64,000 nucleotides of DNA. Origin: an uncultured cyanobacterium. Its GTDB lineage: Bacteria; Cyanobacteriota; Cyanobacteriia; Cyanobacteriales; CAWUOF01. Position 1 is the stretch's first letter; every line of letters begins with the position of its first letter. Shown piece after piece: positions 33,425-42,737 of this stretch. Below the pieces are notes generated by a model. The model was given only the letters and a program-made list of their open reading frames with translations, was not told where the DNA came from and ran no database searches. The position numbers and the translations under genes are program-made. The DNA lies in NCBI GenBank assembly GCA_963744145.1, contig CAVUSO010000001.1:6976001-7040000 (forward strand), read 5' to 3'.

Positions 33425-35010
33425 ATGATTTCCAGCTACAAGTACAAGCTTAGGCCAAGTAAACAACAAGAAAAACAACTAGCCCAATGGTTGCCAATGT
33501 TACGCGCTCTTTATAATTGGTGTTTGCGCGATCGAATAGATGGGTGGCACCAGCAGTTTATTATGGGTGAATATTGCGACCTAAGAACAAGAGTAGTGGC
33601 CTACCCTTTAGTACGGGCGTATAGCAATACGCCCCTGCTGTAGTCAGAGGAACTAACTTAGCTAATCCTTGGAAAGATGGTGGAGGCAAGGCTAAAAAAG
33701 AAGGGGAAAAAGATAAATCACCCAGAAGGACAGCCAGTTTAATGCAGGATGCTAACTTGCAAGACTTAAAGACTGCAAGACCTTGGTATCAAAGCGTTGA
33801 TGGTGGTGTATTGGGGGAAATTATAGCCAGGGTCAACGAGGTTTTTAACAAGTTCTTCAAAGGTGCTGGTTTCCCCAAATTTAAACGTCGCCATGATTTA
33901 AAGTCTTTCTCCTATAGACCAGGAAGAGTAAAAATCAAAGGTAATAAAATTTATTTACCTAAGATTGGCTGGATGCGTTTCTATAATTCACGCTCCATTC
34001 CACCAGGCTACGTGATTAAGACAGTAACAGTTAGACAAAAAGCTGTTGGCGTAGCCTGCGCGAAGCGCATAGGATGGTATGTTTCAGTCCGGATTGAAGA
34101 CAAAGAAATTCCTACCCCTCTAACTATTCTAGACAGTGAAATCAAGACTGTTGTTGGCTGTGATATGGGGCTAGGAAAGTTGGTTTATTTGTCAAATGGA
34201 AGTGCTATTGATAACCCGCGCTTTGCTACTAACAAGAAAACTAAACATTTAATGCGGATTAGACAACGGCGTGTTAATCGTAAGCAAAAAGGAAGTAAGA
34301 ATCATAATAGAGCTTTATTAAGAGTCAATAATTTGCACAACAAAATTCAGCAGCGACGTGAAGCTTATCAGTGGAATATTGCTAAGAAAATCATTGATAG
34401 AGCAGATGCTGTTGCAGTTGAAGATTTGCCAGTAAAAAATATGATGAAACGGTGTAAACCCGTTAAGTCTGAAACTGGAAGGTTTTTGCCAAATGGTCAA
34501 TCAGCTAAACGTGGTTTAAATCGTTCTATTGCAGACGCTGGCTGGTATGCGTTAACTCAAAAACTTGAGGATCTGGCTGTAAAGTCAGGAAAGAAACTTA
34601 TGAGAGTTAACCCAAAGCATACCAGTCAAACTTGCAGTAAATGTGGCCATATAGATGCAGCTAGTAGAAATGGTGAGAAATTCTTATGTACTAATTGCGG
34701 TCACATTGATGATGCTAATTTGCAAGCTGCCAGAAATGTAAAAGAGAAAGCAATTAAAGCCTACGGGCTAAATATTGTTAAAAGGATTAAATCAAAAACG
34801 GTACGGCGGGACTCGTCGAAACCGATACAATTAAATCTCTTTGAGACTTGCCCTGAGACTTGCCCTGAGCCTTGCCCTGAGCCTTGCCCTGAGCGTAGTC
34901 GAAGGGGTAGTCGAAGGGGTAGTCGAAGGGTGGAGTTGTGTGAACGCTTGTCAGATAATACGCTGCCTGCAAAAGGCAAACGGCGTGTGGGCAAGAACAA
35001 GCGTGGATAA
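33425..35010 (+). pseudogene. tnpB: TnpB RNA-guided nuclease, disrupted
   Basis: YKYKLRP, VGCDMG, AVEDL, TSQTCSKCG/CTNCG zinc finger; stop at 33641-33643 just after a palindromic insert. Confidence 0.85.
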
Positions 35011-35544
35011 GCAATTATCTCTCTGGGATATTAAGAGCGAAATCTCTTAAGAATCCCATCCCCTAAAGGGGTGGGAGTGTCAATTGCTTAGGTGCTGAGT
35101 TTTCCTCACACCCTCCTGGTAATTAAATAGTTGTTTTTTCCAGGCAATTAGTCCATCTTTGCTCATCACCATCGAGGAGCTGTTGGGAAGTTGGGAGGGT
35201 AAATCGCTGCTGGAGAATAGGTTTAGTTGCTGAGGTTCCACTGGTTGAGGGACTAATGCGACCCTGAGATATTAGCACAATTGGGGCATAATTGAGAAAG
35301 CGATCGCGACTATTAATTTATTGATAAACAATTGATTACCTGATTGATTTATAGTGTTCGCTCCTAATAATAGCGCCACTCATCCTTAACCAAATAATTA
35401 TAGAAATAAAAACTTTATCACTATTAATTATCAGACTTAAGATCAACTACTTAGAAAGATTAAATATTTATGTTATTGATCGGAAATTTGTGTATTAATG
35501 GTTTCAACAACTCATTCAAAAGAAATTTACAGGAAGCGAATATT

Positions 35545-36246
35545 ATGGCGACAAGAAGCTTAAACTTTTCAGGGATTGTTAACAAAACATTAAGACTAGG
35601 TAGTGCGATCGCGATAGTAACTAGCTTAAACTACATAGTAGGTATTCCGAAGGCACAGGCAGCAATTTTTGCAATAGGGGATTCAGGGTTTCAAGATAAC
35701 ACATTAGCTAATCTGGGGTTTTCTATGAATGGGGTCACATTTGGACCTCCGCCTATTCATGATTATGGCGATCTCTTTACTCAGGTGATGGTAGGAGATA
35801 CACAAATAGGAACAATCGACCCAGCAGAAGGCTTAACGGGTAATGAGTCTTATGGTTACGATGCTGGGACTACAACTATTACATTTGCGAACTGTCCACT
35901 CGGCGTGTATGCTCTTGCTTTCTTTACAGGGATTGATCCTAATGTGACAGTCACAGCTTTCACTAACAATGGTAGCCAAGTGTCTCTAACTCAGCAAGGA
36001 GCGGCAGAGAATTATCATGTGGGCGGTGGTCTGTTTGGTAATTATGTTAATAACTATTTTGGTTTTTATACTACTGACGGGGATACAATTTCTTCCATAG
36101 AAATTGATGGTATCTTTGATTATTTGTCAGCAGCTACTACCCCTTCTGAGGCTGTTCCTGAACCAACAACTATCTTTGGTAGTTTAGTCGGATTAGGTGC
36201 ATTAGTACGGACAAGACGCAAAAACAAGACTTCAGGTAAGTCTTAG
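35545..36246 (+). CDS. PEP-CTERM sorting-domain exoprotein
   Basis: Signal peptide ending AQA; C-terminal VPEP + hydrophobic helix + RTRRK; start uncertain. Confidence 0.88.
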   Translation: MATRSLNFSGIVNKTLRLGSAIAIVTSLNYIVGIPKAQAAIFAIGDSGFQDNTLANLGFSMNGVTFGPPPIHDYGDLFTQVMVGDTQIGTIDPAEGLTGNESYGYDAGTTTITFANCPLGVYALAFFTGIDPNVTVTAFTNNGSQVSLTQQGAAENYHVGGGLFGNYVNNYFGFYTTDGDTISSIEIDGIFDYLSAATTPSEAVPEPTTIFGSLVGLGALVRTRRKNKTSGKS

Positions 36247-36531
36247 GTGATCGCCTCAACCCCACTGGAACATTACTAAATCGTTTCACTTCTATATTTT
36301 CGTTGACAAATTAATTAGCGATCGCATTTCCCATAGACCCAAGAGGAAAACCAGCGATCGCTTTCCTCAATAAACATCTAACTTACATATACCAATTCTC
36401 AGACAGTAGCCGAAAACAATTACTCCATAAGCTTTTGACCCACATACCATTGAAGCTTCTTTGCTTGCAGATTAGATGGTAGATGTAGAATGCGATCGCC
36501 TCAAATCACCACTGTATTTTTACTGAGGGAC

Positions 36532-36547
36532 AGTGATCTCAATCACG
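36532..36547. promoter_or_regulatory. CRP-family (SyCRP1-like) box
   Basis: AGTGATCTCAATCACG versus consensus TGTGA-N6-TCACA; equivalent site upstream of the paralogue. Confidence 0.55.
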
Positions 36548-36667
36548 CAATAAGCTAGATCCCCTCACCAAATTCACCCAGAACTATCACGCTTGGACAA
36601 AACTGCAATCACTTACCAGCAAAGGAAACTGGGTGATGATTAAAGCATAGAGTTCAGGAAAAAAAAG

Positions 36668-36883
36668 ATGCCTCAAGTAAAGATTCTCCCCGGTGCAGTT
36701 AACGAAATCATCTACAACGTCGTCAAAACTCAGAAAATCAGTAAAGCTGATCGCTACGGAATTATGGTCGCTCTGTTAGACGAGTCCATCAGCAACGAAG
36801 ACCAAAACGCTATCAATCGTCTAGTCCGGCTAATCGTTAGAGGTAAAGTCCAGATTATTGATGAGTTATCAATGGCCATGTAG
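36668..36883 (+). CDS. Small cyanobacterial hypothetical protein (LPGA...ADRYG family)
   Basis: 71 aa; paralogue of 37374-37589. Confidence 0.8.
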   Translation: MPQVKILPGAVNEIIYNVVKTQKISKADRYGIMVALLDESISNEDQNAINRLVRLIVRGKVQIIDELSMAM

Positions 36884-36949
36884 GAAACTATTTAGATGGC
36901 GATCGCCCAAAAGAGTTTTGAAGCAACTAAATAATAAAAGGAAAATGAG

Positions 36950-37156
36950 ATGACTAATACTAATTTTGAACGTTCTACCTATAGCATTTTGACAGAAATA
37001 TTTGGTAATGCAATTAGTTCAGGCTGTTTAAGTAGAGAAGAAAGACTGCAATTTAAAGAGATATTGTTGCAAGATTCAATTGTCGAAGCAGATTTGTTAA
37101 TTGCCGATAGATTGCTGTATGCCCTACGCCGTAATTTTCTGAAGTTAGCAGCTTAA
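36950..37156 (+). CDS. Small hypothetical protein, distant member of the same family
   Basis: 68 aa; LLQDSI...DRLLYALRR; AAGGA RBS. Confidence 0.7.
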   Translation: MTNTNFERSTYSILTEIFGNAISSGCLSREERLQFKEILLQDSIVEADLLIADRLLYALRRNFLKLAA

Positions 37157-37238
37157 AAATTAATAGAAGTTTTCCTTAACTCTTAAGACGCGATCGCATT
37201 AATTCACTCCTAATGTGGTCGTTTTTTATTTGGTTGAT

Positions 37239-37254
37239 TGTGATCTATATCATC
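37239..37254. promoter_or_regulatory. CRP-family (SyCRP1-like) box
   Basis: TGTGATCTATATCATC, at nearly the same distance from its start codon as the 36532 site. Confidence 0.55.
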
Positions 37255-37373
37255 TAAAAACTCAGAATTACTCACTATAAATATCCAAAGATATCACATT
37301 TAAAACCTAGCCTTATCACTTCTTTATTAGGGAAACCAGGAGATGATCAAAGTATCGAGTTCAGGATCAAGTC

Positions 37374-37589
37374 ATGTTCCAGATCAATCTACTCCCAGGT
37401 GCCATCAATCAACTAATCGCCGATGTGACTGATACCCACAGAATTACTAAAGCTGACCGTTATGGTATGATGGCCGCAATCCTAGACGAGTCTATCAGTC
37501 AAGATGAGCTTAGTTCCCTAGACCGTTTAATCCGTCTGATTGTTAAAGGTCGGGTGAAAGTTACTGATGAATTGTCAATGGTGATGTAA
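37374..37589 (+). CDS. Small cyanobacterial hypothetical protein (LPGA...ADRYG family)
   Basis: 71 aa; colinear with 36668-36883. Confidence 0.8.
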   Translation: MFQINLLPGAINQLIADVTDTHRITKADRYGMMAAILDESISQDELSSLDRLIRLIVKGRVKVTDELSMVM

Positions 37590-37712
37590 GAGACAATCTG
37601 TTAGAACTCAACTATATAGCAGCTTATTGGCGATCGCAATTATTTTGAAATTCAGATAGATTATTTTCTAACTTTCCGGTTAAAATCTGCACCTAACTTT
37701 AGCATGACTTTC

Positions 37713-37739
37713 AGCCCTGGTTAACTCTGGGGCTTTTTT
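37713..37739. terminator. Terminator-like hairpin and dispersed repeat (also at 38124-38152, 39242-39268, 42258-42283)
   Basis: AGCCCT(A/G)G-N6-CTGGGGCT followed by a T-run, with an A-run before in three copies. Confidence 0.65.
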
Positions 37740-37829
37740 ATGGCGATCGCTCTCAACTGGATGAGTGCGATCGCTACCCAATCCTATCAAGATTTGGACT
37801 TCTTAGTTGCTTCAACAGCAGTAGCCAAA

Positions 37830-37988
37830 TTATTCAGGTTGAAAATCACTTTTTGATGCCCCACAAGTAGGACAAACCCAGTCATCGGGAATATCTTTAA
37901 AAGGTGTACCTGGGGCTATATCTGAATCTGGGTCACCTTCCGCTGGATCATAAACATAACCACATGTTTTACATTCATATTTTTGCAT
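37830..37988 (-). CDS. Rubredoxin (52 aa, soluble type)
   Basis: [15 protein letters not shown]...[18 protein letters not shown] upstream of ATG 37988. Confidence 0.95.
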   Translation of the reverse strand: MQKYECKTCGYVYDPAEGDPDSDIAPGTPFKDIPDDWVCPTCGASKSDFQPE

Positions 37989-38198
37989 TTTACTGTTCCT
38001 CCTTAACTCGGTGTTACTATGCTGCTTTTGCAAGTAATACCATTTTTCTGTAACCCTGCACTTAATAAATGCTCTTTTCTGACTTTTTTGTAAATTAGAT
38101 GATCTCTAAGTATCAACCACCACAAAAGCTCTAGTTAATTCTGGGGCTTTTTGTGGCGATCGCACTCGTCAAGTTGAGAGCGATCGCCATCAATACTA

Positions 38199-38414
38199 TC
38201 AAGATTTGGACTTTTTAGTTTCTTCAACAGCGATCGCTAAATCATCAAAGCTGCATCGGTAAACATCTAACAAATGCTTCATCTTTAAAACTCCCATTGA
38301 TGGTTCTGTTATTCCCGACTCCCAGTTTCTTAGAGTGGACAAAGCAATACCCACTTTATAAGCAGCTTCCTCAGCCTTCAAACCTGCATTTTCTCGTAGT
38401 TGCTTAATGGTCAT
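38199..38414 (-). CDS. XRE-family helix-turn-helix regulator
   Basis: LRENAGL...STLRNWESG.TEP; GAGGAG RBS. Confidence 0.85.
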   Translation of the reverse strand: MTIKQLRENAGLKAEEAAYKVGIALSTLRNWESGITEPSMGVLKMKHLLDVYRCSFDDLAIAVEETKKSKS

Positions 38415-38447
38415 ACTTCCTTCTCCTCAATCAATTGGCACAATTGC

Positions 38448-38503
38448 TTATACCAGTTTATTATACCAGACAATTGACAGGTACTAACAAGATGGTTTAA
38501 TAT
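38448..38503 (+). promoter_or_regulatory. Possible promoter/operator between divergent genes
   Basis: TTATACCAG twice, then TTGACA-18 nt-TAATAT. Confidence 0.4.
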
Positions 38504-38577
38504 ATAGAAAGAAAAATGCTCCTACGGTGCAGCCAACACCTAGGAGCGTGGTCAACCTAAAATAGCTAGGTCAACAA

Positions 38578-39213
38578 ATGAACAATTTAACTGTTTTTAG
38601 TGCTGAATACGAGGGGCAATCTGTACGGATTACTCCAGATGGTCGGGTGTCCGTGTTTGATGCGATCGCAGCTTTTCGAGGTACATCTTGTAATCCTCAC
38701 CAGATTTGGGGGGACTTGCAAAAAAATCATCCCGAAGTTCTCGCGCTTTGCCATAATTTCCAATTCCCAGGACAAGGGCAGCGTCCAACCCCTATAATTG
38801 CCAAAGAGCATTTAGAGTTAATTTTAGATTCGTTGCCATCGATAAGTCTTGTTAAGCGACGTGGTACTATTTCTAAAACATCGAACAAGTTTTATCCAAC
38901 AACAGAAGCTCAAGTTATTGCAGTTATTAAAGCTGCTTTTCCTGATTGTCAACCAATATCACAATTCTACGTTGCAGGTTATCGAATTGACCTTTATTTA
39001 TCAATTCATCAGATAGCTGTAGAGTGTGATGAGTATGGGCATAAAAATAAACAATATTGTCCAAAAAAAGAAGCAAAACGGGAACAAATCATAACGCAAT
39101 TATTAAATTGTTCATGGGTCAGATTTAATCCCTACAGCTCTGATTTTAATATCGGTGAAGTAATTTACCAAATTCGCCAATTAGTTTCTAATGCTCCACA
39201 GTTATCCAAATAA
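38578..39213 (+). CDS. Antirepressor-like N-terminal domain fused to a DUF559/Vsr-like nuclease domain
   Basis: VRITPDGRVSVFDAI...FPGQGQRPTP; YRIDLY...IAVECDEYGH...RFNP. Confidence 0.65.
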   Translation: MNNLTVFSAEYEGQSVRITPDGRVSVFDAIAAFRGTSCNPHQIWGDLQKNHPEVLALCHNFQFPGQGQRPTPIIAKEHLELILDSLPSISLVKRRGTISKTSNKFYPTTEAQVIAVIKAAFPDCQPISQFYVAGYRIDLYLSIHQIAVECDEYGHKNKQYCPKKEAKREQIITQLLNCSWVRFNPYSSDFNIGEVIYQIRQLVSNAPQLSK

Positions 39214-39470
39214 ATTAGGCGATCGCGAACTACTCTTAACCAAAAGCCCTAGTTAAATCTGGGGCTTTCCTACATTGCGATCGCGTATCTATAAGCAGAA
39301 ATTAATTGCAAATTTTCAACTGTTAATGATACTAATATTGGGGTTTTCTGTTGAGAATATGGAGGCGATCGCTGTTTCTCTAGTGCCAGATATCGAGTTG
39401 GTAAAAAGCTATATTTTCTTAGAAAAAGTAGTTGGCAAAAGGTTGACAAAAAGCCTGAAATTATTCTGAA

Positions 39471-41209
39471 TTAAAGGTTAAAAGTTTTTGTGCGAGAAAA
39501 GAGACCCCCCCAACCCACTTCCCACCAATCAATCCAAACCCCGGGATGTGTACAATGCAGAGTCCCCATCCCATCATCTCCACCCCAAAAATCACAAACA
39601 AAACTATTAATTGGGTCACATAGCAAAACTTCAATGTATGTGTAGTGGGTCACAGCATCACAGGGAAGATGTCCTTTCACTGCCTGAATATTGAATTTTA
39701 GGTCTCCCTCATGCAACCATTCACCTTTACGTCTCCAATCTACCTTATCACCAAACCTGAAAAGAGTATCATAATCTACATCGGATTTTCCTCCGACACT
39801 CTTCCATATTTGTTTTTGGACACTAAATCCAAAAGACATCTCCAAAAATTAGGAAGTTCTTTGTGGGTAATAATTTGGTAGTTTTTGCTTACTTTTTTAA
39901 TGCAAGGTTGAATTACGAGATTATAAGCATTTGAAGCATTTGTTGTTAAAAACTTGCCAAAATATAGAAAATTGAATTCACTTCATATTCAGACTATTTA
40001 CTCAGTAGATAACCTCGACAGAACTAAGGCTTCAATTCGGAGTCTTACTAACCCACATACCAGCCGAATAACTTGCTCATAATTTTTCGCCCTCAGTCGA
40101 AATCTTTCTTGAGCGATGCGGAAGATTTTTACTAATCTAATTACATGTTCCACATAAATACGTTTCTGTGCAGATTTTTGATTTTCCTCATTTTGCTGTT
40201 CAGTTAATTGACGATTTTTCGGTTTTTTGTGGGGAGTAGATATTTGTTCAGCTCCTATATAAGCTTTATCTCCTCGGAATTTTTGCTCACTCCTAAATTC
40301 TTTTTGCCGTTCTCGAAATTGATTAATATCGCTTTTTGGACCAGGGTCACCTACTTTTAGATCGACAATATCTTTGGCTTTAGGCAAAACAATAAATTGA
40401 GTTTTTCTGGTATGCCTTTTCTTTTTTCCTGAAAAGAATTTTTTCTGCTCTTCGTAGTCAGATGGTCTTTCTATCGGCTGTTCAGCGCTATCTACGATTA
40501 ATTCATACTGAGTCAATATTTCTTGCACTAATTCGTAATCTGTCTCTTTTTTTTTCAATTGTTCTAACAGAGTTGCTGGTAGTAACTCTCCCAAAGTAAT
40601 CACCCACTCATGAAAAATGTTATGTGCGGTAGACTCGCTCACTTCAAATTGAATACCTAAGTATTGAAAAGTCGGAAATTGGGACAAATATACCAAGGTT
40701 AACAATACTTGTTCTTTGATTGAAAGTTTGGATTTACAACCAGCTCCTTGACGATTAATCCGAATTTTCTTAGTTTCAATTTTCTCTTGTTTTTGCTTGA
40801 CCAAAATTTCTGCATGACCGCATAATTGCTGAAATTGTTCAGCCGTAATTCCAATTAGACGTTTGATCCTCTTTGGGATGCTTTTCCAGGTATTCTAATA
40901 TCAGGCTCATTAGCTCTAACCTTTTGACCAACTTGACGATATTTTTTCTTATTTTAGCACGAAGTTTAAATTTTGGAGATGTCTAAAGTGTCCCTTTGAA
41001 TATTCAACCCACAACTGGTCTATAGTGCGGAGGTCTGTACAGGGAAACTCTAACCAATCGTCATTATCAAGATATCCCTCACAATTAGCAGCTTTAAGAA
41101 CAAGACGACGAGTTAACTTATCAGCTTTATGCCATTTTTCTGCTGCTAGAAGGTCACGAAGATGGCTATAATCTATCCCTACTTCGCTCTTAAGAATAAT
41201 TTCACTCAT
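39471..41209 (-). pseudogene. GUN4-domain protein interrupted by an IS5-like element
   Basis: DYSHLRDLL...FPCTDLRTIDQLW...SKGHF|GFSVQKQIW...GHLP; removing the IS and one AAA restores the frame. Confidence 0.88.
39834..40984 (-). mobile_element. IS5-family (DDE_Tnp_4-type) element with frameshifted transposase (39998-40910)
   Basis: 14-bp terminal IR AGACATCTCCAAAA; 3-bp TSD AAA; IVDSAEQ, FSGKKK.HT, GDKAYIG, RIYVEHVI motifs; +1 slip near 40868. Confidence 0.88.
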
Positions 41210-41269
41210 AATAGATTCCCTAAAGTCCCTATATAAAGGATACATTAGTGCTGACAATATTGTCCACTA

Positions 41270-41467
41270 ATGAAAAAAAGATACTACATCAAAGCTAGCG
41301 GTAAATATCCACTCCTAAAATCTGGTAAGTTTGCTTTAGCTGAAAAACGGGAACAGCTTAAACTTTTTTCTCGCAAGAAATACGCAGTAGCAGCGATTAT
41401 TAGTTTTCTGAACCAGTACCCAAATTGTGAGGTTTGGAAACTGGAAGTACAAAGGATCGAGTTTTGA
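41270..41467 (+). CDS. Small hypothetical protein
   Basis: 65-aa ATG ORF only. Confidence 0.4.
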   Translation: MKKRYYIKASGKYPLLKSGKFALAEKREQLKLFSRKKYAVAAIISFLNQYPNCEVWKLEVQRIEF

Positions 41468-41686
41468 TTTCCTGCTAATCATTTGTGCGATCGCATCTTG
41501 GTTAATTTTGACTATCCTTTTCTTTAAGGTTTAGTTAAATTCTGCTACTCATATTATTAGATGCGATCGCTTAATATTGATATCTTTGTTAAGAATTATG
41601 AAAACAGAATAAATTCATCATGTCAATTTGTAATAAGAAGGCTACAATTCTTTTATTTCATAGATTTTTCTGATCAGTGAGGAAAT

Positions 41687-42184
41687 ATGATTGAAATTGT
41701 AGAACGGACATCTAATATACTTATTATTCAGCAAAAGCCTAATTTAAAGACATCTCTAATGCCAATGGTAATTGTTTTTAGCATATTTGTAATTTTTCTC
41801 TATATATTTGCAGGAATATTACAAGCAATAGGATGTTTATTTGCTTCATTAATGATAGTGGGTTTTTGGTTTCAAATGATGAAATCTTCTGGCTCTACAT
41901 GGAAAGTAGAAAAAAATCAAAAGTTATTAACAGTAAAATTTAGCTGTGTTGCGGAAGCAAAAACATATTCTATAGATCAAGCACAATTAGTGCGAACAGT
42001 TTTTGGTAGTGAGCCTGATAGTGATGATTCATTTTATTTTATAGAATTTCAACTTGCTCCTCCTAATCAGCCAGTAAGAATAAGTATAGGAGCTGGCATA
42101 TTGTCTCAAAAAGAACAGCAGTTTCTCATTGAATCTTTCAGTTCTTTTTTAGGTATTCGCAAAGGAGAATTTTCACGCTTTTAG
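41687..42184 (+). CDS. Hypothetical membrane protein (two N-terminal TM helices)
   Basis: GAGGA RBS; hydrophobic residues ~24-62 followed by a soluble domain. Confidence 0.7.
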   Translation: MIEIVERTSNILIIQQKPNLKTSLMPMVIVFSIFVIFLYIFAGILQAIGCLFASLMIVGFWFQMMKSSGSTWKVEKNQKLLTVKFSCVAEAKTYSIDQAQLVRTVFGSEPDSDDSFYFIEFQLAPPNQPVRISIGAGILSQKEQQFLIESFSSFLGIRKGEFSRF

Positions 42185-42347
42185 ATAAGCTCTTTTCTAG
42201 GTATCTGTAAAGGTTAAATTTTAACTCAATTTAGGCGATCGCGAACCACTCTGAACTAAAAGCCCTAGTTAATTCTGGGGCTTATGGCGATCGCATTTAC
42301 CAACCACCAATCAACCTGGGATTTAATAAATGCGATCGCTTCTAGTT

Positions 42348-42569
42348 CTAACTTGCTTGTAATTTGTCATTGAGATAAATTTTCATGAGTTCATTTATCG
42401 CAACTTGACAGCTTGTTGAAGTTGCATAATGTTCCTTAAAGAGGGCGTGACGGATACCATTGTAATAGACTCCTATTCTCCATGTAGTATTAGAAAAAGG
42501 TGTGTTAACTATCGGTGTTAATGAGTATCCCTCATCGAGTAATTGTCTGAGGGTTTTTTGTATTTTCAT
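42348..42569 (-). CDS. Small hypothetical protein
   Basis: 73-aa ATG ORF between HIP1 clusters. Confidence 0.45.
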   Translation of the reverse strand: MKIQKTLRQLLDEGYSLTPIVNTPFSNTTWRIGVYYNGIRHALFKEHYATSTSCQVAINELMKIYLNDKLQAS

Positions 42570-42737
42570 TTTGGTTAGATGGGTAGGGTTTAATATATTT
42601 AATTTAGCACAAAATAAACTTTGCTGATCATGCTATTACGATTCAAGTTCAAGATTTTTTATACTGCGATCGCTAACCATCTCTCACAATCTCTAGCCCC
42701 CCTGGTGCTTAGTGCGATCGCATCCCAAAAATATCAA

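Larger units (their letters stand above)
32877..35083 (+). mobile_element. IS200/IS605-family element (divergent tnpA + tnpB), degenerate
   Basis: Preceded by CTGAC; left subterminal hairpin CC.ACCTCTTTAGAGGT.GG; right end GAATCCCATCCCCTAAAGGGGTGGGAGTGTCAA; no TSD. Confidence 0.85.
32469..35241 (-). pseudogene. GIY-YIG nuclease-family gene interrupted by IS200/IS605 element
   Basis: CIYFVLD...LYIGET...ELE motifs in 32469-32876; N-terminal part (EPQQLNLF...WKKQLFNYQ) at 35084-35241; removing the IS gives ...PKQ|VSLF; an extra 1-nt slip is apparent near 35100. Confidence 0.75.
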
